DNA of 64,000 bases from the human T2T-CHM13v2.0 reference genome, Homo sapiens, in NCBI RefSeq assembly GCF_009914755.1, contig NC_060932.1; one strand, written 5' to 3'. The notes under the pieces are model-generated. The model ran no database searches. It was not told the origin of the DNA and worked only from the letters and a program-made list of their open reading frames with translations. The translations under genes were made by a program, and so were the position numbers. Positions 26,555-38,070 of the stretch are shown here, one piece after another. Within the stretch, counting starts at the first letter, position 1; each line of letters starts with the position of its first letter.

Positions 26555-26697
26555 TCCAGGGAGGGCAGGGACCTTGATGAAGGGCCACAGATGAGAGGGG
26601 CGTGGGCCTGGGCAGGCAAAGCACCATCGTCCATTGGGAGCCCTGCATCAGTCTGGGTGTGATCTCTCCCTGGACACTTCCACGCCACCACTGTCTG
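26555..26697 (-). repeat. Diverged inverted repeat, right arm
   Basis: Reverse complement of 25249-25393. Confidence 0.9.
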
Positions 26698-26722
26698 CCA
26701 ACCCCTCAGGTCCAACCATGCC

Positions 26723-26858
26723 GCCTGGGTCCAGACACGGTTCTCCAATCCTGATGAAGGATGCCTCTTCCGGGAAGCCCTCACCGGTGCTGTGTCCCTG
26801 CATCTGTGAGGACGAGGCTGTCTGGCACTGTCCACTCTCCAGAGCTGCCGTTGGCCCA
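26723..26858 (+). repeat. Local direct duplication, copy 1
   Basis: Roughly 80% similar to 27988-28124; 27-bp identical core gaggctgtctggcactgtccactctcc. Confidence 0.9.
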
Positions 26859-27987
26859 CATCCCATGTCAGCTGCGAGGTCAAGCTGAGACCTCCCCTAT
26901 AAAACGGGAGTAGTAGCATCCGTGCTTGAGGGTCCGGGGGGATGAGCTCAGCAGACATGAATCCCATTCGGCATCTGAGGTAGAGGTGCCGTGGGGCAGA
27001 GCCTGGGGGACAGGCCCTGGGGTGCTGACCAGGGAGTGGAGACTTGGTCTGTTAGCAATAAGGAGTCATGGAGGGCGTTGGAGCTGGGGAGAGACACAGC
27101 AGCCTCTTCTCCAAACCCTCCTGCAGCTGCAGCCCCTGTAGCCTTTCTCACCTGACAGCTCCAGGCCCGAGCCACATGCAGTCCCTTTCTGGGGTAGGGA
27201 TGAGCACCCCTGATTTAGCCCTCTCGGAGCACACAGTGAGGGTGACGGGCATAGTCCCCATGGCCAGGGCCTGGGGGGCAGCTGGTTGCCGGGCTTCCCT
27301 AAGCCTGGGTTTTCTCGCCTGTGTCTCGGGAAGCACTAGCCACCCTCCCCACTCTCCTTCACAGCCTTCCTCCCCATCTGAAGCCCAGGAAGCTTCCAGA
27401 ACAGGCATATGGCCTGCTGGGGTGGCAGACGCCTGCCATCAGGGGACGCCCAGGTGTCGCCCTCCATAATGGAATCCCTCCGCTTTTCCAGGGCTGTCAA
27501 AGGCTGGCCAGCCCCCAGCACCCACAGAGGGCACGCCGCTCAGCGAGGGAGGAGGAGCAGAGCTAGCAACCCTCACCCTGGGCCCCTGATAATGAGGAAT
27601 AAGAGGAGGCAGAGGGGCCAGACGCTCGCTGGGGATGCCAGGTGGGATCTTGGTGGGGATTCTTCAGTAAGAGGCCGCGCCGGTGCATATCATTGCGATT
27701 CAGAACCTGGCTCCGGAACAATCAAGGTTCATCAGGAACAATGCATGCAAATTCCTCAAATGACTCAGAAGGGTGAGGGTGGAGGCTCTGCAGGGGGGGA
27801 GAGGCCTGCCCAGATCTGCCCCGGGAAGCCCAGCTGACCCACGGCCACCCACACAGTGTACCCAGCTGGGGCACCCACAGGCTGGCTGGGCCACCCTCTT
27901 CTCAGGACGCCCCTGCGTTCCCAGGGTGAGTCCTCGCCTTGGGCCCAGAGCGGCTGGCAGCACTCCACCTTCCTCCCACATAAAGAG

Positions 27988-28124
27988 GCCTGGGTTCCAG
28001 ACCCACTGCTCTGATCCCCATGGAGGATGCCTCCTCTGGGAAGCCCTCACCCATGCTGTGTCCCTGTGTCTGTGAGGATGAGGCTGTCTGGCACTGTCCA
28101 CTCTCCTGAGCCACTGTTGGCCCA
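27988..28124 (+). repeat. Local direct duplication, copy 2
   Basis: Matches 26723-26858. Confidence 0.9.
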
Positions 28125-28554
28125 TTTGCCGCGTCTGCTGGTCAGTAAACCCAAAAGGGCAGGAGCCCTCACTGCTCGCCCCAGGGGTCCCTGTGCCCAG
28201 GGCGATGCCTGCACATCAGGGCGGCTCCACGCACACTAAGGGAGTGAGCAAGGGAGCGAAGGAGAAAGACCTTTGAGAAATTGGGTGAATCATTCATCGA
28301 ATCCCAAAGCTGGCAGGTGAAAGAGGTAATAATGCACCTGTGTTGTAGGTGGGGAAACTGAGGCCTGAAGCATGGGGTCTGGGTTCAGGGAGGCAGCACG
28401 TTCACTGGAAACTGCACCTGCATCCAGTCCTGCCTCCTAACTCAGCAGCCCTGGTCACTTCTCTTCCTGAGACCACCCTCTACCCATAACGGGCAACATG
28501 ACTGCTGGGGGGAGGCTGTGCCCACCATGCTCAACAAACTCCAAGGCTGCAGCC

Positions 28555-28897
28555 TCCTCCCCAGTCCCTCAGAATGTGACTGCATTTGGAGCTGGGGTCT
28601 TTACAGAGGTACTTAGGTTAAAATGAGGTCATACAGGGGTCAGAGGGGCCTAACCCAATCCGACCACGGTCCTCATAAGGACAGGAGATGAGGACACACA
28701 TGCAGAGACGACCGTGTGAGGATTCAGGGAGAAGACGTGGTCCACACGCCAAGGAGAGAGGCCCCAGGAGGAACCAGCCCTGCCAGTGCCGTGATGCCGG
28801 ACTTGCCGGCTCCAGGGCCCTGAGAAGCATGTTGCTGCTGTGTAAGCCGCCCGGGCGGTGTTACTGTGTACACAGCCCAATAGCGGCGACTCACACA
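28555..28897 (+). mobile_element. MLT1B-like MaLR solo LTR
   Basis: cctcagaatgtgactgcatttggag...ggtctttacagagg...ttaaaatgaggtcat...gccaaggagagaggcc. Confidence 0.88.
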
Positions 28898-29589
28898 AGG
28901 CCTCACCTCACGGGGCCGCAGCTGGTATTGAAGGAAATGACAAAAGACAAGGCCCCGGGCCGGAGCAGGCTCACGAGGAGAAGGATGGCACCAGGGTACA
29001 AACCCAGCTTCCCAGCCATCTCTTCTGTTACTGAATTTAAAATGAATTAATTTCCATGTCAACTGAAGTGTTCACGTGTGCTAGTGGCCGGCTCCCTGGA
29101 CGGTGAGGTCTTACCGGGTCCCCGGTAGCTCTTTGGAGGATGGCTCAGGGGGAAGGAGATGGTGCTAGGCGACCAGCTGGGACCCGCTTGTGATGGTGAT
29201 GGGCGAGGCTCCACCCAACAAGGCTGTAAAGGAGACTCACACACCAACCTGGAGGCTGGGCCTCCGTGGACACAGACAGCTGTCCTCACAACAAGAGCTC
29301 GGTCCAGCCTCACCCACCTGAGTCTGCCATCTTGCATCCCAGGAATTTCAGGGTTGTGAGCCCCGGGCCAGCCCCGGACAGCAGAGAAAGACCCTCCTGA
29401 CGCCATCAGTTAGGAAGACCCTCTTATTTGCTGCACAATGTCAGCTGGCTGTCTGCTGCTTGGGAACCCCCAAAACTGGGCGACGAGAGCAGAAACTATG
29501 GGAAGGACAGAGGAGAAAGGACTTCAGGGGCTGGAATCACCTTGATCCCAGACAGAAGAGGCCACCTCTCTCTGCAGCTGACAACCCTG

Positions 29590-30030
29590 CCAGCAGCTGT
29601 AATTAATATGGAGCCGATGACATCTAAATAATATAACAGTTATCATAAATAATATGCGGCCATGATGAAGATCGAGTTATTTATAAAAGAATTAATAATC
29701 GCGACGCTGGTGAGTGTTCAGCATTGGGACACTGTCCAAATCCCTGCTCTGAATTTCGATGGGGAATAATGAGTGTCCTTAAGAAGACAAAGACCTTGAA
29801 GTTTCCTCCGCTGTTTACAAACTAATTCCTGGTAATGAGGAAATTAACGTGGAAAGTCAGACTTGGAGCTCCGGCGAGGAAGGCAGGAGAGGCGTCTGGC
29901 CCTGGCATCCCGGCTAGGACCACAAAGAACTTGTCAGGTCTTCTGCAGCGGTGATTAACTAAATGAGCTGTTAAACCGAAAGGTCAAACTCCATCTTGAG
30001 AATACAAATGCACAAATAACTCGGAGACAA
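29590..30030. promoter_or_regulatory. Candidate developmental enhancer (AT-rich island)
   Basis: TAATTA 29600, CATAAA 29644, TTTATAAAA 29680, FOX-type TGTTTAC 29812, TGATTAA 29952, AAAGGTCA 29979; no recognisable TE. Confidence 0.55.
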
Positions 30031-30459
30031 GGGATCGATGGGCCCTTTGCTGCAGGGGCCTGGGCACTCCCAAACTAGAGAGGCGGAGCTGACCAGGCTG
30101 TGAGAAGTGCGCTGCTGCTGTGCAACCCCCGGCCCGTGTTACTCTGCAGGCAGCCCAGTGGCTGCGACTCCCACAATGACTCATCAGGATCCTTTGTTGG
30201 GGGTCGTGTGTGCCCTAAGGGAGGAGCCCGAGTGCCCGGAAGCCTGGACTCTGTGGGTGCTGCCCCCTCCCTCGACCCTGCAGCCAACAGTGCAGCCTGG
30301 CTTGGCCCCTCTGCTGCCTGCTTCTCAGGGCTGGCCCTAGGCCAGGGGTGCCCAGACCAAAAACCTTCCTGCTGGAAGTGCCTGCTTTCCCACTCCCCTG
30401 CTGGGAAGCTGTCCCTCGGTCCCTGCCCACCCGGACCCCCGGGCTTGCACACCTGGCTG

Positions 30460-30911
30460 CCTTCGTCTCCTGGGGCCGTTGTAATAAAGTGGCCCACAAT
30501 GGGAAGCTCAGGCAACAAAGCTGATTGTCTCCCAACCTGGGGGCTGGAAGTCCAAGAACGAGGCATAAGCAGGGGTTAGCCGCTTCCTTTGGGGCCATGA
30601 GGGACACTGTCCCAGGCCCCCCACTCCGGCTTCTGGGCCTTGCAGGCCATCTTTGTCACTCGGTAGCTCGTGGAAGCCTCACCCCTACCTCTGCCTCCAT
30701 CTTCCCATGGCATCTCTCTACATACATGCCTGTCCCCAAATTGCCCTTTTTTATAAGAACACAGTCACACTAGGTTAGAGCCCACCCTAGTGACCTCATC
30801 CGAACTCATTACATCTGTAATGACCCTATTTCCAAATAACATCCCATTCTGAGTTAGGGGGAGCTATGACTTCAACATGTGAACTTGGGGAACACAATTC
30901 AGTCCATGACA
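30460..30911 (-). mobile_element. MLT1C-like MaLR solo LTR
   Basis: ggctggaagtccaaga...ttttataagaacacagtcac...ttacatctgtaatgaccctatttccaaataa...acacaattcagtccatgaca. Confidence 0.9.
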
Positions 30912-31170
30912 TCCCCCATGGCCATCGTCCCCTGAACTCACAGGCCCAGCTACCCGACCACTGGAAAAGAACAGAAACAGCCCCAGCCTGGTGCTGGGGC
31001 CCTGTGGTATCAGACAGACCACCTGGCTAGGGGGAGCTGGGGTGGCTACGGGTGGAGAAACCATCCGCAGGGGTCAGGGTGGAGGGTGCATCTTATTTGT
31101 TTGTCCTTTTGCATCATGCCTGGAGAAGCTGAGTCTCACGACAGAGAGGGATTCTTGACATGACCTGGCC

Positions 31171-31263
31171 CAGAGTGCCACCTGGGCAGTGCTTCTGTCC
31201 CCTCCAACAGCAGAGTGCCACCCAAGCAGTGCTTCTGTCCTCTCGGGCAGCAGAGTGCCACCC
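31171..31263 (+). repeat. 40-bp tandem duplication (about 2.3 copies)
   Basis: cagagtgccacc...gcagtgcttctgtcc repeated. Confidence 0.85.
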
Positions 31264-31559
31264 AGCACCTGCAGGGATGCCTGGACACAGGGAGCTCGCT
31301 CTGCAGGGCGAGGCTATGGGTGATCCCTGCACCTGCTCTGGCTCTGGTGCTTCCAGGGGCCCCTAGCTACTCCCATGTTACAGGCCCAGGCCCAGAGAGG
31401 CCAGGGGAGGTCCCCAGGATCTCACAGCCAGCTGGATAGAGTGGAACGTGTGTGGCCCCCGATTCCCGGCAGGCACTTGTCCTCCAGCCAGACCCACTGC
31501 CTGGCACTCACCGGATGCTCTTTCTCACCGAGGATCAACTCTCCCTCCCTGAAGGGCGC

Positions 31560-31700
31560 CGGACCCTGAGCCTGCCATCTGTGAAATGGGATAGCAGTGC
31601 CTGCGTCTCTGGTACTCACGGGACCCTCCATCCTTGGAGATTTAAGAGATGTGGTCAATATCACCCCACACAGTTCCTGGCACGTGGTTGACAGCCAGGG
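31560..31700 (+). mobile_element. MIR SINE fragment
   Basis: catctgtgaaatgggatagcagtgcct...ggagatttaagagat. Confidence 0.7.
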
Positions 31701-31989
31701 ACCACCAGCTCCCGCACCCTCAGAACAGCCTTTCCGAAATCCCAAACCTTCCCTGAGAGCCGCCAAGAATACCCTACCCATCTCCCTGTGGGGAGCATTC
31801 AGCACTCCAGGAGCGTTTATGGAGCACCGACTGAATCCCAGAGTCTTCCCAGGCTGCAGGCCCAGCCCTTCCTGCACTGCGGCTCAGGAATTTGCAGAGT
31901 GTCAGGCGAGACGCCCCCGTTCCCAATCACTTCTCTCATTGTGGGGCTTCATTTCTGTTCCCTTTGGTTGGGGCTGCCTGCTCAGCTCC

Positions 31990-32270
31990 CAGCGTTCTAT
32001 TTCGGCTCACAACATTTATAAAAATGCATCCGAAAACCCTGGCGCTGCAATCTGGAACTAACCTGCTTCAAGTCCTCAGACAAAAGCTCCTGAATACTAA
32101 TTGAAAAGTGATTAATTACATTCACGGAGCCCCATCTCCTCACTGGCAGACCCTTGCTCTCTCACTCTCCCTAATGGGGCTGAAGACAGCTCAGGGGCAG
32201 GGTGGGGGGTGTTGTTTTTGTTTTTTTAAGGCTGAGTTGGTTTAAATCTCATTTAATTTTCACAAGGGAG
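31990..32270. promoter_or_regulatory. AT-rich enhancer-like island
   Basis: atttataaaa, CTAATTG 32097, TGATTAATTA 32109, catttaatttt. Confidence 0.45.
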
Positions 32271-32539
32271 AGCCTTGAGCCTCAACTCAGATCTTAACTC
32301 GGGTCAGATCTGTCCCTGATCTGGACAAATCCCGGCCCTTCTCGGATTCTCATTTCCTTCTTTGGAAGGTGGGGCTGCGGCACCTGGGGGATTTTGGAAG
32401 GCGACCGTCCAGAATTCCAATCCCGGCTGCTCATAATTGCTGCGGTGGAGCCCTGGTCAGGCCCCAACACGGGCTCCCTGCCCCCGTCCTTTTCCCCACT
32501 CCCTGCACACCCATAAACATTCTACCCACAGTCCCTGTG

Positions 32540-32865
32540 GTCTTCCAGGACTCTGCTCAGAGCTCACCTCCTCCAGGCAGCCTGCCGGGCCCTCTTCTCT
32601 GCTCCACGAACACCCTAGAACCCTGGGCTCCTCCCTGACTTCTATCCCCACAGGGTGTTATGGCAGCCGGTCATCCACTCTAGACCATGAGCCCCTCGAG
32701 ATTGAGGCTAGCATCCAGCCACCCCCAAACCACAAAACTCACCACAGCCCCTGAACGAGCTGGAGGAAGACCGCAAGCTCCACACCTGAGCCCCGGGACA
32801 GAGCCAGACTCCAACGATGAACCAGAGCAGAAGAACCTTGCACACAGTAGGCATTCAGTCAGTGA
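32540..32865 (+). mobile_element. L2 3' region fragments
   Basis: ctcacctcctccaggcagcct...ctagaccatgagcccctcgag...gcacacagtaggcattca. Confidence 0.65.
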
Positions 32866-32899
32866 CCTTCCACCCTGCCCAGCCTCTGAGTGTCCTTGG

Positions 32900-33040
32900 A
32901 CCAGTACCTGAAGCCCCTCTGGGCCTCCATTTTCTCCCCTGTAAGACGGGTTGACTAGGAGCCACGCCCAAGACTGAGGGATTAATGAGACGATGCGTGC
33001 CAAACACAGGGCAGCATGCAGTAAGCGCTAAATAGATGTC
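32900..33040 (+). mobile_element. MIR SINE
   Basis: ctctgggcctccattttctcccctgtaagacggg...gagggattaatgaga...gtaagcgctaaata. Confidence 0.75.
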
Positions 33041-33849
33041 CACATCCCTTTCCCGGCCTGCCCCTTCCCATTCCCGGCCCCCAGGGTTTCCGGAGCTGGG
33101 TCTCCATGCCCCTCCAAGGCTGCCCCTGGGCCTGGGGAGAACAGGCTGCTGCAGGTAGGGGGCCCGACCCTCTGACCCTGAAGAGACAGCCGCTGTCACT
33201 GGAGGGACAGGGGCCCGGGGCGCTGGCGACCGCTCCGGAGCAGGGTGGGAGGGGCTCCAGAATTCAGGTCCGCCAAGCAGAGGCCATGGCCAAACGCTGC
33301 GCACAGGTGGGCCCCTCTAGCAGGGCTGCCTAGAGAGACCCCAAGGGGGGTCTGGAGGGGTCAGGGAGGGGCAAGTGATGGGCAGGGTCTGAGGGGACTG
33401 CGTGGCCAGCCCCCTCCATCAGACCCCCACTTCCGCTCCAGAGCTCAGAGGGGCAGCTCAGCCGCAGACCGGAGGCTGGGGTCACGGTGGCACCGAGAGG
33501 AAGCAGAGGCAGCTGAGGGCCCCGCCTGCCGGCGCCAGCCCTCCCTTCGCTGTGGGGTCGGTCCCTCCTCGCTGCACCCTTAATTACAAGTGTCCTGAAA
33601 TCCTGCCAGAACACACACTCTGAGACGGTTTCCCTCATTTAAATTCTTCCCTGACATTTGTACGACAGTGAACAAGAACGAAACTCCTGGGAGGAGGCAC
33701 GGCCTGGCGCTGCGGAGTCTCCCTGTTGGAGGAGGAAGGAGGAGGAGGAAGGCAGGACCCTGGGCCTGGCCTCCAGAGAGGAGGTGCACGCAGAGAAGAC
33801 AGCGTGGGCAGCCACCACGACCACCGCTCCGGGCCCAGGTCTCCCTCGT

Positions 33850-33910
33850 CCTTCCAACAGCCCCGTTTTACAGGGAGGGAAACTGAGGCTGAAATGGGAG
33901 AAGTGACTGG
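33850..33910 (-). mobile_element. MIR fragment
   Basis: ccccgttttacagggagggaaactgaggct. Confidence 0.7.
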
Positions 33911-34094
33911 AAAGGCACGTGGTGGGGAGCCTCTCAATTTGTTCTGGATAAAAACATTCTCTCACAGGGTCCGCAATTCTACAGGAGCACTCACGGCTGA
34001 TTCAATAGGAGAATTCCCCTTGGCCAAGGAACAGCCACTCCCAAAGTGTGAAGGCCTGGGCGGCCGCTCACCTGAGGGCCCTGAGCTGGCCGGG

Positions 34095-34272
34095 CCAGTG
34101 CATCCCTTCATCTGAGTAACCCCCAGCACCAGCCAGTTCATCCCCTCACCTGAGTCCCACTGTGGCCAGTGCATCTCCTCACCTGGGCACCCCACCACCA
34201 GCCAGTGCATCCCCTCACCTGGGCACCCCCCCCACCAGCCAGTGTATCCCCTCACCTGAGTCCCCCCCAGCC
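34095..34272 (+). repeat. About 35-bp degenerate minisatellite, 5 copies
   Basis: gccagtgcatcccctcacctg(a/g)g motif repeated. Confidence 0.85.
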
Positions 34273-34364
34273 CCGCGGCCATTGCATCCAGACTCTACTT
34301 CCATGCAGACAGCAGTTGACACTGCACCCCTTTACAGAGGAAAGAACCAGACTTCATGTCCAAG

Positions 34365-34465
34365 GGTGGGATGATCCCACCCCAGCTCTGCCACTTGCCA
34401 GCCGTGAGGCCTTGGGGCAATTCTCACTCCCAAGCCTCAGTTTCCCCACTTGTTAAAGCAGGATG
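34365..34465 (+). mobile_element. MIR SINE
   Basis: cccagctctgccacttgccagccgtgaggccttgggg...gcctcagtttcccc. Confidence 0.8.
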
Positions 34466-36319
34466 AGCAGCTCTGAGGTGCTGAGTTGCTCTGGAAGCAA
34501 CTCCACTGGGCCAGGTAGAGAAAACCCTGCACAGGCCTCCTGCAGACGGGCGGCCACCTGTTCTATGTGGGACCCGCATGCCATGGGGGCCTTCAGGAGC
34601 TGTCCTCACCAAGAGGTGTGTCTGAGGGTGAAGCTTCGGGTACTGAAGCAGATCCCGGTGAGGCCTCAGCCAGCAGCACACAGCTGGTGCCAGCGACGCC
34701 TCCTGCCTCAACCCACCACAACCCACCATGGCAATGAGCTTGTGTCTCTCATGGGCGTCTTTGGGTTTGGGGTTCTGTGTAAGACAAGGCAACAAGTGTC
34801 GCCAGAAGCAGGAGCATTCCCCGGGATCAGCAACCCGGGGAAGGTACGAGACCTTGCCAGACACCAGGGGAGGGAGGGGTCTCTGCCTTTGCCTCCTGCT
34901 AGGGGCCAGGCCTGGGTCTTGAGGAGGAGACAGAAGCCTGGGGAGGCTCCTCTGTGGGTCCACACTCCACTTGGGGCAGGCCTGGGGGTTGGCCGCAGCT
35001 CACCAGCCAGGCCACAGGCCCACGGCCCCGAGCCCAAGCTGCGATGGAAAAGCACGAGGTGACCCCCGAGCCTCCGGCCCCGGACTTGCTCCCAGAGGGG
35101 CTGCCTCTGTGGCTTGGGGGTGAGGCCTGGCCCTGGGGCTTGTCAAAGCTGCAGGAACCAGAACCTTCCCCCGGAATCAGGAGCACCCACCACCTCAGCT
35201 CTCAAGAATCCCAGGATCCTTCATTGTGAGCTGGGCCCCCGTGCTTTGTCCTGGGCATGGAAGGCCTGGAGTGGGGCCAGGGGACGGGCATTCAACACAT
35301 GTCCCTGGGTCCCTGGGAACACTGGCACTGGCTACCTGAGGGCCTCACTGGGAGATACAGACCCGGCCCTGGTCCATGTTCAGTGCGGCCATTTCCCTGC
35401 TGTCGCCCCTGAGGCCCCCATGCTCAGCCTGGATTCATTGGTGCTTTGAGTAGTAACAGAAGGTTCCGGACCCTCTCTGAAGCCAGCAGGCCCCTGGTGA
35501 CACATCCTCAGAACCCAGTCAGGGACTGCTGAATGAGTGCCAGGGCCATGGCGCTCAGGCGAGAGGCTGGGAAAGGGGCGTCTCAGTGCCAAATGTGGGC
35601 AGCCTGGATGGGGCTTCACCGAGAAAGGAGGCAGTGCCTCCACCCCAGCGCCCCCTTGGCCCTGCTCCTGTGAGAAGGTGTGGGCCTCCCCAGAGCAGGC
35701 CCCCCACTCAGACGCCAGGACTTCCTGGACCTCAGCCTCCCAGAGTGCACCTGACTCCAAGAGCAAGTCTCTCCCAGCCTGGGCCACAGGTGGCCCCAGG
35801 GGCAGCTTGCAGGATTTCAGCGGGGAAGGGGACAGAGGGTCTGAGATGGGCACGTGGGAGACCTGGGGCTGCTGTGGGCCAGAAGGAGCCGGGGAGCTGG
35901 TGGAGATGAGAGCCGGGAATGGGCCTGGGACTCGGGCAGCAGGAGGTCAGCAGTGCTCTTAGGATGTCCCCATGGATCAAACACCTGGCCAGGTGGGTTC
36001 AGGGGTGAGAGGGAGGAGGGGCAGGGCAGACGGGAGGGGACAGCTCGGTGAGGAGCAGGACCCGGGCGGTGACAGGGGAGCCCAGGCCTCCTGTCACGGG
36101 TGGTCCAGAGCAGGCCAAGTGATGCTCCTGCTGGGGCTGGGGACTGCGGAGCCTCTGGAGCTCAGAGCTAACTCCAAGCCCCGTACTCTCTGGGGGCCCT
36201 GGGCGGGCGGTGGGCAGGGCGAGGGCCAGCAAGTCTGAGAGAGCAGTGGCCGCGGCTCTCCTAAAACTTCCTCTGCAAAGCTTATTCCCCGACCCGTATA
36301 GCGCACTGAGCATCTACTT

Positions 36320-36600
36320 GTTTTTCTCCCCTTCCTTCAATACAATTATAGATTAATTAATTCTCACCGAGCAATATTTGACCTACATCAGCGCCTCTGT
36401 AAGACGGCAGAGCCAGAAGAAAGAATCATTGGGCTATATAAAGACAAGCAATCTATTTTAAAAGAAGGGCTGTGTGCGGGCGCCAGCTGCTCCAGCATCC
36501 CTGTTACATAAGGCTCACTTACAGGCAGCACACACCGGCTCATCGAGATTCACGGCTCGGTAGTGCTGAACACGGGTTAATCATCCCATTGCGTCTGGGC
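36320..36600. promoter_or_regulatory. Candidate enhancer or promoter island with a TATA-like motif
   Basis: GATTAATTAATT 36351, TATATAAAG 36435, D-box-like GTTACATAA 36503, GGTTAATCAT 36575. Confidence 0.45.
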
Positions 36601-36969
36601 TCACCGGAGGGGCTCTGACAGGAGGATGCCCACCTGGGGGCCCCCGGGCACATGCGATGCTGCTCCCTGCTGCGGGACGCCTCCCCTTTGCCTCCCCCAC
36701 ATCAAAGCACCTGCCACGCCCCACTTTAATTGTGGGATTCTCCAGGTCAGGGGCCACATCTCATTCATCTGAGTGTCCCTCAACACCAGAGAGAGAGCCT
36801 GGGATACGGGAGGCATCGACATTGAGGAATTAAGCTGTGATTCAGCAGGAGGAGGCACACACAGGAGGAGCTGGTTCTCACACTCGCTGAGCCGCGAGCG
36901 CTGGGAGGCTGGGCACTGAGCCGCAGATTCTCATTTCTCAAGGCCACTCTGCGTAGTAGGGCGCTGCTG

Positions 36970-37445
36970 CCGCCACAGTGGGTACCTTAGGGGTGGCCCC
37001 CAGTGCTCATAGCCAGCGCAGTCCCCTGTCCCTGATGTGGGCTGGACTGCGTGACTCAGGACTGGATTCTAGGGATGGAAGGAGCAGAGAAGATGCGATG
37101 TGGCTCCTGAGATCCGGTTGCAAAGCCTGTGGCTCCAACGTGGTCATGCTGTCTGGTTCTCTCTGGAATCCTGGGTGGTGCCAGCTGCTGCGCTGGGGGG
37201 AAGCCCTGTGGACAAGCCCAGGTGTCGAGGAGCTAAGTCGACAGCCCTGCGAGTGAGTTTGGGAGCAAATCCCCCAAGCTGAGCCTTCGGATAAGCCCAA
37301 GGCTCCAGTCCCACGGCTCTGCCCAGCCCACGAGAGACAGTGATCCAGAGCCACCTCAGAGCTGGACTCCTGCTCCACACTCGCTGCCTGTTTCGAACCA
37401 TGAGCTTTGGGATAACTTGCGACGCCGTGATAGAGAACGGATGTT
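36970..37445 (+). mobile_element. MLT1F/E-like MaLR LTR
   Basis: gggctggactgcgtgact...aagccctgtggacaagccca...gctttgggataacttgcgacgccgtgatagagaac. Confidence 0.65.
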
Positions 37446-37545
37446 CTGCCTCATTGTAGAGGTGGGAAAACTGAGGCTCTGAGGAGCTGAGTGACTTGGC
37501 TCTGGTCACCCAGCACAGATGCAAGCCCAGGCCCACCTGACTGCA
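37446..37545 (-). mobile_element. MIR SINE fragment
   Basis: aaactgaggctctgaggagctgagtgacttggctctggtcacccagc. Confidence 0.75.
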
Positions 37546-37994
37546 CATGGCACACGGATCTAGAAGGGACAGGCCAAGCCCTGGCCGAGCTGGCTGCAGC
37601 CTCCACAGACCACAGCAGATGAGAGGCCTGTCCCTCCCGTCCCAGAGCTCTCGGAGGGCCCGTGGCCGCCCCTCCACCGTGGTCCCCACGCTCCTCTCCC
37701 TGGCTCTGCCATCCTGCCTCTATCCAGGACTGCCCAGCTCTCAGGGGCAGGATCTGCCACCAGGAGCCCTCACACACTTCGTCGAGGAGGTGGGCCTGGA
37801 ATACAGGGCACCCAGGGTAAGGGGCCTGCCACTGCCCCAGGGACCTGGAATCTTCCTGCAGAAGCCACGTCTGACCTTGACATTGAGATATGCAGCCAGG
37901 CAGTTGGGGGCCACCATCAGCCCTGATCTCTGCCTCCCATCTTCCATGGACCCCTGTTCTCAGGACCCCAGCTTTGCCCTCAGCCCACCCCGCT

Positions 37995-38070
37995 CCAGTG
38001 TGGGACATGAGCTAAGCCATTTCTTCACCTCCCCTGGCCTCAGTCTCCCCATCCGGAAAGTGGGAAGAGA
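37995..38070 (+). mobile_element. MIR fragment
   Basis: ggcctcagtctccccatccggaaagtggga. Confidence 0.65.

Noticed and set aside
33200-33800. CpG-enriched stretch as a CpG-island promoter
   Set aside because: CpG density looks only moderately raised over the GC-rich background and there is no first-exon evidence.
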